DNA of 64,000 bases, taken from assembly GCA_037439545.1 (NCBI GenBank), contig JBBIVV010000001.1, forward strand, positions 1 to 64,000, given 5' to 3'. Below the pieces are notes generated by a model. That model did no database searches, was not told the origin of the DNA, and was given only the letters and a program-made list of their open reading frames with translations. Both the position numbers and the translations under genes were made by a program. This document shows positions 19,714 to 28,930 of the stretch, one piece after another (the stretch's first letter is position 1; each line of letters opens with the position of its first letter). Origin of the DNA: a bacterium (GTDB lineage Bacteria > JAMCPX01).

Positions 19714-19894
19714 CTACGTATATATATTTTCTATAATCATGGATATACCCTGTCCAACTCCTATGCACATTGTATCGAGTCCGAATTGGATGTTCTTTCT
19801 TCTTTTAAACTCATGGAGCAGAAAGGTCATTAATCTTGTCCCCGAGCAACCCAAAGGGTGTCCTCACTGCATCGATAAGCCAGACTTCTTTCAT
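19714..19894 (-). pseudogene. Internally deleted thiolase (acetyl-CoA C-acyltransferase)
   Basis: [15 protein letters not shown] in one frame and [11 protein letters not shown]...[15 protein letters not shown] in another, sharing ggacaccc at the junction; RBS aggagg. Confidence 0.85.
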
Positions 19895-20032
19895 AGTTAT
19901 ATCCTCCTGCTCAAGGATTTTATAGTGATCATTCGATGGGCAGGATTTCATCCTAAGCGACTTTTTGTGTTTAATCGAATATTATATTCTTGACTATTGG
20001 CGAAAGGAAAGTTATTTTTGAAGTCAAAGACA

Positions 20033-20191
20033 ATGAAATATATTTTATTTTACAATCCGGCACAAATTGTTTTCGGCAAGGATGAAACCCAAAATATAGG
20101 CCATTACCTGAACGGTGAAGGGCGGTTAAAGCAAGATACGGAGAATGTAATTGCCGATATATTGAGATTGGGAATTGAGAGAAGTCCATGA
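20033..20191 (+). pseudogene. Internally deleted iron-containing alcohol dehydrogenase remnant
   Basis: FYNPAQIVFGKD resembles the Fe-ADH N-terminus and is followed directly by a C-terminus-like IADILRL. Confidence 0.5.
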
Positions 20192-22395
20192 GGAAAAAAT
20201 ATACCTATTATATCTTTGCCTCAGCCATAGCCTTTTTATTCATATTCCTGGTTTTCTTAAACCCTTATCCGCTTGTTTCCGTTAATCTCAAACTGACGGA
20301 TTTCATGATGGCCCACAGGGTCTACAGCAGGCTGAAACCGAATGTAATTGTCGTTGCCATAGATGAGAAAAGTCTTAAACAGATAGGCAGGTGGCCCTGG
20401 GACAGGACGACCATTGCATCCCTTATCGACAGCCTCAGTGCAGCGCATCCCTCTGCAATAGGCTTTGATATAGTCTTTTCCGAGCCTGAGAAGGACAGAG
20501 CAAAACAAGTGCTGATGGAAATAGGCCGGGAACTCGATGCTGTCAGCGGGGCTGACCGTGTAAAACAAGATATACAGCAGAGGCTGACGCAGATGCCTGA
20601 TCCGGATTCTGCATTGGCAGGCTCCATCTCGAGAGCAGGGAATGTCGTGCTCGGTTATTTTTTCTATATGTCGAAGGATCAGTTGCCCGTGACCCTCAAC
20701 ATGACCGATACATCGTATGCATTCTCGCAGATATCGTCCAGTACACTGCCGGTGATAAAGATAGGCAGTCCCGGGATAGCACAGGCATATTTCCCCGTCG
20801 TAGATGTACCGGTGATCAGTTCCGCAAGCCTTTATAAAGGTTTCTTCAATATGTTCCCGGACCAGGACGGCGTGGTAAGAAACTATACTCTTGTTCAGAG
20901 GGCAAACGATAAAAGCTTCCCGTCCTTCGCGTTGATGCTTACATCGCTCTACACGGGTATGCAGCCCCTTGTCACTGAAGACAGCACGGGTATGGCTTCT
21001 ATAAAATTACTCCCGTCATCCGGCAATGCAATCAGGATCCCCGTAGATTTTTACGGCAGAATGCTGATAAATTATCCTCCCGGTGGGTATGCCCTCCCCA
21101 TGTTGTCGGCTGCAGATGTACTCAGAAACAGGTTTAACTATGGAATGATCGCACACAAGGTCGTTATTATAGGTGCCACTGCGCCGGGGCTCTATGATCT
21201 GAGGGTCACGCCGGTGAGTAATGCGCTGCCGGGTGTATTCATCCACGCCTATGCGGTTGAGCAGATGATAAACAGCCGTTTCCTGACGACCCTTGCCCAG
21301 AACCCGCTCGTCAATGCGCTGCTTGTACTCATGGTGGCTATTGTACTCATTATGGGTATGGACAGGATCTCTTCATCCATGTTTATGGTTAAATTAGGAC
21401 TATTGATTATAATCTATAGCGCGGCTGCGTTCATCCTGCTCTCTTTCTCTTCCGTGATCCTCAACATGGTCTATCCGGTTTCAGCCATAGTATTCTTCGG
21501 CATAGTCCTGTCCTCGTACAAGTATGCCGTAGAGGAAAAGAAAGGCCGTGAGGTCAAGAAGGCATTCAGTCATTATGTCAGTCCTGCGGTTGTAAGGGAG
21601 ATCACAAAGAGCCCCGGGGCGCTGAAATGGGGCGGTGAGAAAAAAGATATATCCATTTTATTCTCGGACATACGGGGTTTCACCAAGCTGTCCACGTATC
21701 TCAGGCCAGAACAGGTAGCGCTCCTGCTCCACGAATACATGACCGATATGACGGGTGTCGTTTTTAACAATGACGGTATGCTCGACAAATATATAGGTGA
21801 TGCAATCATGGCGTTGTTCGGGACCCCTCTGCCATCCGCCGACCATGCTGATAAAGCCGTGTCATGCGGGATTCAGATGTGCAGCATATTGAACGATGTA
21901 AATAAAAAGCTGAACAGCCTGAGCCTGCCTTCGATATCAATCGGCATAGGTGTAAACACAGGCGAGGCCATTGTCGGCAATATGGGCTCTGCGATGCTGT
22001 TCGATTATACTGCCATCGGAGATAATGTTAACCTTGCTTCAAGGCTTGAAGGCATGAACAAGTATTATGGGACCACTATGCTGGTATCCGAGTTTACCTT
22101 TAATAAACTGTCGTCGAAGAACAGCCTCTTCAGGCTTGACCGTGTTGTTCCTTCAGGTGTGGATAAACCGATTTACCTCTATGCTCTGCTTCCCGGGGAA
22201 ACAAGCAATGCGAATGAATTCAGGACAACGTATGAACAGGCATTGTCCGCTTATGTGGAGGGAAGGTTCACGGACGCTGCGGCTATTTTCGCCAGACTTG
22301 GCGGCGGTTATGCCCCGGCAAAAATCATGATGGACAGGTGCAGGACTTTGGACAGAAGCACGTGGGAAGGCTTCTACAGGTTCGAGAAAAAATAA
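20188..22395 (+). CDS. CHASE2-domain class III adenylate/guanylate cyclase
   Basis: VAIDEKSL..IGRWPWDR, IGFDIVFSEP, DQDGVVR, 3 TM; cyclase ILFSDIRGFT, DKYIGDAIMA, IGDNVNLASRLEG. Confidence 0.92.
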   Translation: MRKKYTYYIFASAIAFLFIFLVFLNPYPLVSVNLKLTDFMMAHRVYSRLKPNVIVVAIDEKSLKQIGRWPWDRTTIASLIDSLSAAHPSAIGFDIVFSEPEKDRAKQVLMEIGRELDAVSGADRVKQDIQQRLTQMPDPDSALAGSISRAGNVVLGYFFYMSKDQLPVTLNMTDTSYAFSQISSSTLPVIKIGSPGIAQAYFPVVDVPVISSASLYKGFFNMFPDQDGVVRNYTLVQRANDKSFPSFALMLTSLYTGMQPLVTEDSTGMASIKLLPSSGNAIRIPVDFYGRMLINYPPGGYALPMLSAADVLRNRFNYGMIAHKVVIIGATAPGLYDLRVTPVSNALPGVFIHAYAVEQMINSRFLTTLAQNPLVNALLVLMVAIVLIMGMDRISSSMFMVKLGLLIIIYSAAAFILLSFSSVILNMVYPVSAIVFFGIVLSSYKYAVEEKKGREVKKAFSHYVSPAVVREITKSPGALKWGGEKKDISILFSDIRGFTKLSTYLRPEQVALLLHEYMTDMTGVVFNNDGMLDKYIGDAIMALFGTPLPSADHADKAVSCGIQMCSILNDVNKKLNSLSLPSISIGIGVNTGEAIVGNMGSAMLFDYTAIGDNVNLASRLEGMNKYYGTTMLVSEFTFNKLSSKNSLFRLDRVVPSGVDKPIYLYALLPGETSNANEFRTTYEQALSAYVEGRFTDAAAIFARLGGGYAPAKIMMDRCRTLDRSTWEGFYRFEKK

Positions 22396-22541
22396 ACCAA
22401 TTCTTCAACCCTTTCAATGAAATTCGATTTCTGGTATGTCCATCATGGGAGGAATTGGTATTTTTTGAGGATGTGCTCATCAACTTACAGAGGCATGGGC
22501 ATAAAGGGGAGAAGAACAAAAATTATAAAGGAAGGTATATC

Positions 22542-22685
22542 ATGGCAAAATTGACACAGGAAATGAAGGATCTCATTGCTGCACAGCAATGCTTTGTTAC
22601 TTGTGATAATCAACTGATAAAATATGCTATGAGATTGAACATTGAAGTAAGAGTAATGAATCCTATAGACTATATAGACGGATAG
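22542..22685 (+). pseudogene. Chimeric remnant: pyridoxamine 5'-phosphate oxidase-family N-terminus fused to a PIN-domain-like C-terminus
   Basis: MAKLTQEMKDLIAAQQCFV joined to TCDNQLIKYAMRLNIEVRVMNPIDYI; RBS aaggaagg upstream. Confidence 0.45.
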
Positions 22686-22836
22686 CTTGGGAGGAGATTA
22701 AAGACAATGAAGTGTGGCAGACCAGGGGAAAGAGGATAACATTTTTACCGGGAGGCATTTACTGCTAATTTATGTCGAGGTATGTCCGCGCACAAAAAAC
22801 GGTCGCAGTCCCCATTTTAAAGACCTTAAAAAAGAA

Positions 22837-22909
22837 TGGCGGCGCAGGGAATCGAACCCCGGACATAGGGCTTATGAGACCCCCGCTCTACCAACTGAGC
22901 TACGCCGCC
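22837..22909 (-). tRNA. tRNA-Met(CAT), elongator type, CCA not encoded
   Basis: Reverse complement GGCGGCGTAGCTCAGTTGGTAGAGCGGGGGTCTCATAAGCCCTATGTCCGGGGTTCGATTCCCTGCGCCGCCA folds as a cloverleaf; anticodon CAT; G1-C72 paired. Confidence 0.93.
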
Positions 22910-23112
22910 GTTACAAAAGTTAACAATCATATCTATTCATTAGCTTTGCACGTGTCAAGTAAACCCCGTTAGAAAGCCGCCCCATAACCAGAGGGCCTTG
23001 TCGATATATGCATTTAACAATGACGGAAATCACAGCCTGTCTTCCTCGCCTGGTAAAGAAGCAACATTGACAATTACATCTACAAATTATACTCAACTTG
23101 GAAGGAGTTTTT

Positions 23113-24285
23113 ATGTTTTATATGGCAAATGAAGACGACATAAGAAAAGGCAGGGTCACTGACATTTACTTTGAAAGGGCGTTGAAGATACTGAAGGCGA
23201 AGGGCATTTCAAAGCATGTTTCAATGGAGATCAGGGCCAAGGACCTGCCTTCAGGCTGGGAATGGGCTGTCTTCTCAGGACTCGAGGAAGTGGCCGATCT
23301 TTTAAAAGACAAGCCTGTCAACGTAAGGGCAGTACCCGAGGGAACAATCTTTTTTCCTTATGAGCCTGTTCTCGAGATTGAAGGTGATTACGCTGGTTTT
23401 GGTATGTATGAAACAGAGGTCCTCGGACTTATCTGTCAGGCAAGCGGCATTGCTACGAATTCTGCAAGGGTGAAACTTGCTGCCGGTGGAAAACCGGTGT
23501 TCAGTTTCGGTGCACGGCGTATGCATCCTGCAATAAGCCCTATGATCGAACGCAGTGCATATATCGGCGGCTGCGACGGAGTTTCGGATATGCTCGGGGC
23601 AGAGAAAATAGGACTGAAACCCGTTGGAACTATCCCTCATGCACTTATTCTGCTCGTGGGCGATACCGTTCAATCAGCCCTTTATTTCGATGAGATCATG
23701 GAGAAAGATGTTCCACGGCTTATATTGGTAGATACATTCAATGATGAAAAGTTCGAGGCGATACACGTCGCTGAAGCCCTTCAGGAAAAATTATACGGTA
23801 TAAGGCTCGATACCCCGGGTTCACGCAGGGGCAATATGAAACAGATTGTAAAAGAAATAAGATGGGAGCTTGAGCTGCGCGGCTACAAACACATCCGGAT
23901 TATGGTAAGCGGAGGGCTTGACGAAAGCAAAGTAAATGAATTAAAAGAAGTGGTTGATCTTTTTGGCGTAGGCACTTATATATCTAATTCGCCTGTCGTT
24001 GATTTTGCTATGGATATAGTTGAGATCGATCATGAGCCTTATGCAAAGCGCGGCAAGGAATCCGGCAGGAAGAGCTTACTTAGATGCAAAGCCTGCGGCA
24101 GGCATACGGTGCATGCATATCCATCGGAGGTAAAAATGTGCGGAGTATGCGGGGGCAGGCTCGAAGAACTTATGAAGACCGTTATAACCAACGGCAGGTT
24201 GACAGGAGAATTACCGCCTGTGAAAAAAATTAAAGATAATGTTATGAGTGAAATAATAAAAAACGATATAAAGGAGATAAAATGA
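23113..24285 (+). CDS. pncB: Nicotinate phosphoribosyltransferase (short archaeal-like type with C-terminal Zn ribbon)
   Basis: TDIYF, SFGARRMHP, GTIPHA, LVDTF, IRLDTPGSRRG, SGGL, FGVGT, CxxC..CxxC. Confidence 0.88.
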   Translation: MFYMANEDDIRKGRVTDIYFERALKILKAKGISKHVSMEIRAKDLPSGWEWAVFSGLEEVADLLKDKPVNVRAVPEGTIFFPYEPVLEIEGDYAGFGMYETEVLGLICQASGIATNSARVKLAAGGKPVFSFGARRMHPAISPMIERSAYIGGCDGVSDMLGAEKIGLKPVGTIPHALILLVGDTVQSALYFDEIMEKDVPRLILVDTFNDEKFEAIHVAEALQEKLYGIRLDTPGSRRGNMKQIVKEIRWELELRGYKHIRIMVSGGLDESKVNELKEVVDLFGVGTYISNSPVVDFAMDIVEIDHEPYAKRGKESGRKSLLRCKACGRHTVHAYPSEVKMCGVCGGRLEELMKTVITNGRLTGELPPVKKIKDNVMSEIIKNDIKEIK

Positions 24286-25385
24286 AGGTAACGATCACTG
24301 CTATAAAGGCAGATATTGGAAGTATTGGCGGTCATATTAGACCGAGTAAAAGAGTTATTGAGAGGGTAAAGGAATACGTCACGACAGAGGGTGGTGGACT
24401 TCTCATAGATTCATACTTTTCTTCCACCGGAGATGATATTGCCATTTTAATGACGCATGAACAAGGGGTTGGCAGTGATAAGGTGCACCAGCTTGCATGG
24501 AATGCTTTCAAAGAAGGGACCGAGGTCGCAAAGGAACAAGGGCTTTACGGTGCAGGACAGGATCTACTGAAATCTGCTTTTTCGGGAAATGTAAAAGGGC
24601 TTGGACCCGCTGTTGCCGAGATGGAGATAGACGAGAGAAAGAGCGAGCCGTTCTTGCTTTTTGCTGCCGATAAAACGGATCCAGGTGCTTACAACCTGCC
24701 GCTGTATCTGTCATTTACGGATGCCATGTACTGTTCGGGTCTATTGCTGAACCCGCAGTTGAGCAAGGGTTTCAAATTTGTCGTCATGGACGTCGAACAT
24801 ATCGAAGGAGATAAGGTAATCGAGCTTGAAACACCCGATGAGATCTACAGTCTTGCCGCTCTATTGAGGGACAATCAGCGGTTCGTCGTTGAGTCGATCT
24901 TTTCACGGCACGATCAGACGCAGGCTGTTGCGGTAAGTACGTCGAGGCTTCATAACATTGCAGGCACATACACGGGAAAAGATGATCCGATAATGCTGGT
25001 GAGGGTCCAGGGGAATTTTGCAGCAACCGGTGAAGTGTTATCGACATTCAGTATAGGGCATTATGTCGCCGGATTCATGCGCGGCAGCCATAACGGGCCT
25101 CTCATGCCTGTCAAGATTAATTCTTCCATATCATACTTCGACGGTCCACCCATTGTATCATGTCATGCATTCTCGGTTCATAACGGCAAGCTGACAGAAC
25201 CGGTTGATGCATTTGATCATCCGTTCTGGGACCATGTGAGAAATAAAGTATCGGAGAAAGCAATAGAGATCAGAAGACAGGGATTTTCAGGGCCCGCAAT
25301 GCTGCCCTACGGCGAACTGGAATACGGAGGCATTGTCGAGGTCATGAAGAAGCTCGAGAAGAAATTTGAGATAAGAAAGAAGTAA
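24282..25385 (+). CDS. fbp: Bifunctional fructose-1,6-bisphosphate aldolase/phosphatase (FBPase class V)
   Basis: IKADIGSIGGH, GDD, GLYGAGQDLL, DKTDPGAYN, YTGKDDP, GFMRGSH, ELEY. Confidence 0.95.
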   Translation: MKVTITAIKADIGSIGGHIRPSKRVIERVKEYVTTEGGGLLIDSYFSSTGDDIAILMTHEQGVGSDKVHQLAWNAFKEGTEVAKEQGLYGAGQDLLKSAFSGNVKGLGPAVAEMEIDERKSEPFLLFAADKTDPGAYNLPLYLSFTDAMYCSGLLLNPQLSKGFKFVVMDVEHIEGDKVIELETPDEIYSLAALLRDNQRFVVESIFSRHDQTQAVAVSTSRLHNIAGTYTGKDDPIMLVRVQGNFAATGEVLSTFSIGHYVAGFMRGSHNGPLMPVKINSSISYFDGPPIVSCHAFSVHNGKLTEPVDAFDHPFWDHVRNKVSEKAIEIRRQGFSGPAMLPYGELEYGGIVEVMKKLEKKFEIRKK

Positions 25386-25429
25386 GATTAGGGGGAAAAC
25401 CTGTCTGCGTATGGCAGTGAAGGTACATT

Positions 25430-26839
25430 ATGATCATAGCGGGGAAAAAGATCGAATCAAAAGATACGGTAGTCGTGAAAAGCCCTTATGACGGTAGTGT
25501 CGTAGGAGAGGTATCAAGGGCTTCGGAGTCTGATGTCCAGAGTGCTGTTGAAAGTGCAAAGACAGGTTTTCGCAAGCTCTCGAAGGTCAGTTCTTTTGAA
25601 CGATATAAAACCCTTATGAGCCTGGCAGGTATTCTGTCGGATCGGACCCAACTGTTTGCAAAGACCATTTCATCGGAGATGGGAAAGACCATCAAAGAGG
25701 CAAGGGCAGAGGTTGTCCGTGCAGTGGAGACCGCTACCTGGTCCGCGGAAGAGGCAAAGAGGCTTTATGGCTCCACAGTACCGATGGATGCAGCTCCTAC
25801 AGGAAAAGATAAGATAGGATTTTACCTTCGCGTGCCCGTCGGCATCGTTGCCGCAATATCACCGTTTAATTTTCCCCTGAACCTGTCACTTCATAAGATC
25901 GGGCCTGCTTATGCTGCGGGAAATGCATTTATTTTAAAGCCTGCAGAGGTAACGTCCATGACAGGCGAGATGCTGGGGCAGGCATTCGTCGATGCAGGGG
26001 CAGTGCCTGAGGCGGTCAACGTCCTGACAGGCTCGGGATCAAAGCTCGGACTCAAGCTTGTCACCCATCCTGATATAAGACTTATAACCTTTACCGGCAG
26101 CAGGGATGTCGGCGAGTGGATAACAAGAAATGCAGGGCTCAAAAAAGTGGTCATGGAGCTTGGCTCGAATTCAGCGGTTGTGGTTTGCGAGGATGCAGTG
26201 CCGGAGAAGATTGTCAAAAGAATTGCACTCGGCGGATGTTCACAGGCAGGGCAGGTGTGCATATCCGTGCAGAGGGTTTATGTCCATGAGCGCCTATTCG
26301 ATAATTTTGTAGGTTTATTGAGCCAGCAGGTCCGGTCTCTGAAGACCGGTAATCCTTCCGATGATTCTACGGATGTCGGTCCTCTCATAACGAACAATGA
26401 CGTGAAACGGGTAAGGTCATGGATCGATGAGGCCGTTGCCAACGGAGCAAGAAAAGTATGCGGCGGTGACGTTCATGGCAATACGATGACACCTGTCGTG
26501 CTTACCAATGCAAAAGAAACGGACAGGGTGGTAAAGGATGAACTCTTTGGACCTGTTCTTGTGGTGAATAAATTCTCTCACGACGAACAGGCGATAAAGC
26601 TTGTCAATGATTCAAGGTACGGGTTGCAGGCGGGCGTTTACACCGGCAATGTGAACCGTGCATGGCTGTATGCAAAAGAACTCGAGGCCGGAGGAGTGTT
26701 GATCAATGAAATACCGAATTTCAGAGTAGACCTTATGCCGTACGGCGGCGTCAAAGAATCAGGCATCGGCAGGGAAGGTCCGCGGTTTGCCGTGGAAGAG
26801 ATGACTGAGATCAAGTTCATCGCATTCCATATCAACTAA
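25430..26839 (+). CDS. NAD(P)-dependent aldehyde dehydrogenase (lactaldehyde DH/GapN-like)
   Basis: ISPFNFPLNL, FTGS, MELGSN, GQVCIS, ELFGP, PYGGVKESGIGREG. Confidence 0.9.
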   Translation: MIIAGKKIESKDTVVVKSPYDGSVVGEVSRASESDVQSAVESAKTGFRKLSKVSSFERYKTLMSLAGILSDRTQLFAKTISSEMGKTIKEARAEVVRAVETATWSAEEAKRLYGSTVPMDAAPTGKDKIGFYLRVPVGIVAAISPFNFPLNLSLHKIGPAYAAGNAFILKPAEVTSMTGEMLGQAFVDAGAVPEAVNVLTGSGSKLGLKLVTHPDIRLITFTGSRDVGEWITRNAGLKKVVMELGSNSAVVVCEDAVPEKIVKRIALGGCSQAGQVCISVQRVYVHERLFDNFVGLLSQQVRSLKTGNPSDDSTDVGPLITNNDVKRVRSWIDEAVANGARKVCGGDVHGNTMTPVVLTNAKETDRVVKDELFGPVLVVNKFSHDEQAIKLVNDSRYGLQAGVYTGNVNRAWLYAKELEAGGVLINEIPNFRVDLMPYGGVKESGIGREGPRFAVEEMTEIKFIAFHIN

Positions 26840-26966
26840 ATATCCTCATATCACCGGCTCTTGGGAATGACTGATTTGATTGGCACATTTGCTATTCACA
26901 CTGTGGTTCGTATTGAGAAGTGGGTGCAGCATGCCGTGTCCTCTTCTTCCCTATTGCATTTTAGAA

Positions 26967-27845
26967 TCAGGATACAATCCTGTTTCTTCCGCCCTTCTTT
27001 GCAGCGTAGAGCTTTTCATCCGCAAGTTTTATGAATGATTCGGTGTCATGGATGTGTTTATTCTCGTTGCTTGAAATGCCGATGCTTACGGTAACTTTTA
27101 TTTGCTGATCACCGTAGACAGTCGGATGTTCTGCAACCATTTTTCGGATCCTTTCGCTGATGACCCTTGCATCTACGATCGTTGTCCTGTCGAACAGGAT
27201 CAGGAATTCTTCTCCCCCGAACCTGCCGAACTTGTCGGCGGATCGAAGGGATGTATTGAACAACGCTGCAATATTTTTCAAAACTGCATCTCCGGCAATA
27301 TGTCCATAAGTATCGTTGATATTCTTGAAATGATCGATATCCACCATTGCTATTGAGACGGATTTTTTAAGATGTTCAGCCTGAGCTATTATGGTTCCGA
27401 GCAGTCTAGTTATAAAGCCTTTATTATAGACACCCGTCAGGGCATCTTTCTCGGCGTTGTCCATCATACGCTGGAAAAAGACTGTATCGTGCTTCGATAA
27501 CGAGGCAATCTTAAGCTTGTAGATGCCGATTGCGAATATGTCGCCTTCATTGAGTTCTGTTTCAGTTATACGCAGGGCATTGACATACGTGCCGTTGCTG
27601 CTTTTAAGATCTTTTATGAAAATCCTGTCATTGCTGTCCAAACTTATTGAGGCATGCTTCCTCGATACTGTCGGAGAATCAAGAGCGATGTCCGTATCCT
27701 CTGACCTGCCTATGATAGTGATTTGTTTTGACAGGGAGAAAATTTTTCCTATCTGTTCTCCTTCAATGATGATGCACGATTTATGTCTTTCTCCCTTTAG
27801 TTCGTTTAAGTCTATGTTAATTAAAGAGGTTTTGTCATCTGTCAT
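26967..27845 (-). CDS. FHA-GGDEF diguanylate cyclase
   Basis: FHA: IGRS..VSRKHA..DLKSSNGTYVN. GGDEF: DALTG, DIDHFK.IND.YGH..GD, RxxD I-site, GGEEF. Confidence 0.92.
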   Translation of the reverse strand: MTDDKTSLINIDLNELKGERHKSCIIIEGEQIGKIFSLSKQITIIGRSEDTDIALDSPTVSRKHASISLDSNDRIFIKDLKSSNGTYVNALRITETELNEGDIFAIGIYKLKIASLSKHDTVFFQRMMDNAEKDALTGVYNKGFITRLLGTIIAQAEHLKKSVSIAMVDIDHFKNINDTYGHIAGDAVLKNIAALFNTSLRSADKFGRFGGEEFLILFDRTTIVDARVISERIRKMVAEHPTVYGDQQIKVTVSIGISSNENKHIHDTESFIKLADEKLYAAKKGGRNRIVS

Positions 27846-28027
27846 GTGTTTTTACTAACACAAAGCGTCTGGAATATTCAACTAAATTGTTAATAAACTG
27901 TTAGTAAGTGAGTTAAAATACACGGCTGATCCGCTTTTAATGCATGTCCGGTATATTATGCTAAAAAAACAGGCAGTAGATCTTATTGATCTCATTTATT
28001 TATTGAAGTTTGCAATGAAGTAGTTTA

Positions 28028-28840
28028 ATGAGATACACTATTGAAGGGATACTAAACATGATATCAGGTGTAGAACTGCTGACAATAGCCGTAAGATCGG
28101 CAAGGGCTGCTGGGAATATTATAAACAGAAGGATTAACACGTCCAAGCAGGTTTCATATAAAGGTATCGTCGATCTTGTTACAGATGTCGATAAGCTATG
28201 CGAAGAAACGATTATTAAAATTATAACCGCACGATATCCAAAGCATTCCATCCTTGCTGAGGAAATGGGAAGCATATCGGGAAGCAGCGATTATAAGTGG
28301 GTCATCGATCCCATTGATGGTACAACCAATTTCTACCATGCATATCCCTTTGTTTCCGTCTCAATAGCCCTTGAGTATAAAGGCAGCGTTATGGTTGGAG
28401 TCGTGTATGATCCTGTAAAAAAAGAATTATTTCATGCGATACGCGGGAAAGGTGCATTTCTTAACGGCAAGAAACTGCATGTTTCTGATGTAACTGCCAT
28501 AGAACAGTCGCTTCTATCAACGGGCTTCCCTTATGACATAAGGACATCGAGCGAAAATAATATCGATAATTGGATAAGATTTATAAGAAGAGCTCAGGCA
28601 ATACGCAGGGATGGATCCGCGGCGCTTGATCTGTGCTACGTTGCAGCCGGAAGGTTCGATGGCTTCTGGGAGATGAAATTGAAGCCATGGGACGTGGCGG
28701 CAGGAAGTCTTATGATTGTGGAAGCGGGCGGTAAAATTACTGACTTTCGCGGCAATCCGTATTCTATTTATATGAATCATATAGTCGCTTCAAACTCCCG
28801 AATTCATAATATTCTGCTCGATGTTCTGGCGAATAAATAG
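28028..28840 (+). CDS. suhB: Inositol monophosphatase family protein
   Basis: DLVTDVD, AEE, WVIDPIDGTTNF, GSAALDLCYVA, WDVAAG; the true start may be at 28058. Confidence 0.9.
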   Translation: MRYTIEGILNMISGVELLTIAVRSARAAGNIINRRINTSKQVSYKGIVDLVTDVDKLCEETIIKIITARYPKHSILAEEMGSISGSSDYKWVIDPIDGTTNFYHAYPFVSVSIALEYKGSVMVGVVYDPVKKELFHAIRGKGAFLNGKKLHVSDVTAIEQSLLSTGFPYDIRTSSENNIDNWIRFIRRAQAIRRDGSAALDLCYVAAGRFDGFWEMKLKPWDVAAGSLMIVEAGGKITDFRGNPYSIYMNHIVASNSRIHNILLDVLANK

Positions 28841-28930
28841 TCAGTATTACCGGCACACTTGATTGTATGCTCATTATCGGTGTATAATCCGGTATTATAG
28901 GCACAAGAGAACATTTGAGGAGGCTTTAAG

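Noticed and set aside
22837..22909. Initiator tRNA-fMet or tRNA-Ile2
   Set aside because: G1-C72 is paired, unlike fMet, and the GGCGGCG acceptor resembles elongator Met. Ile2 is less likely but would need a covariance-model check.
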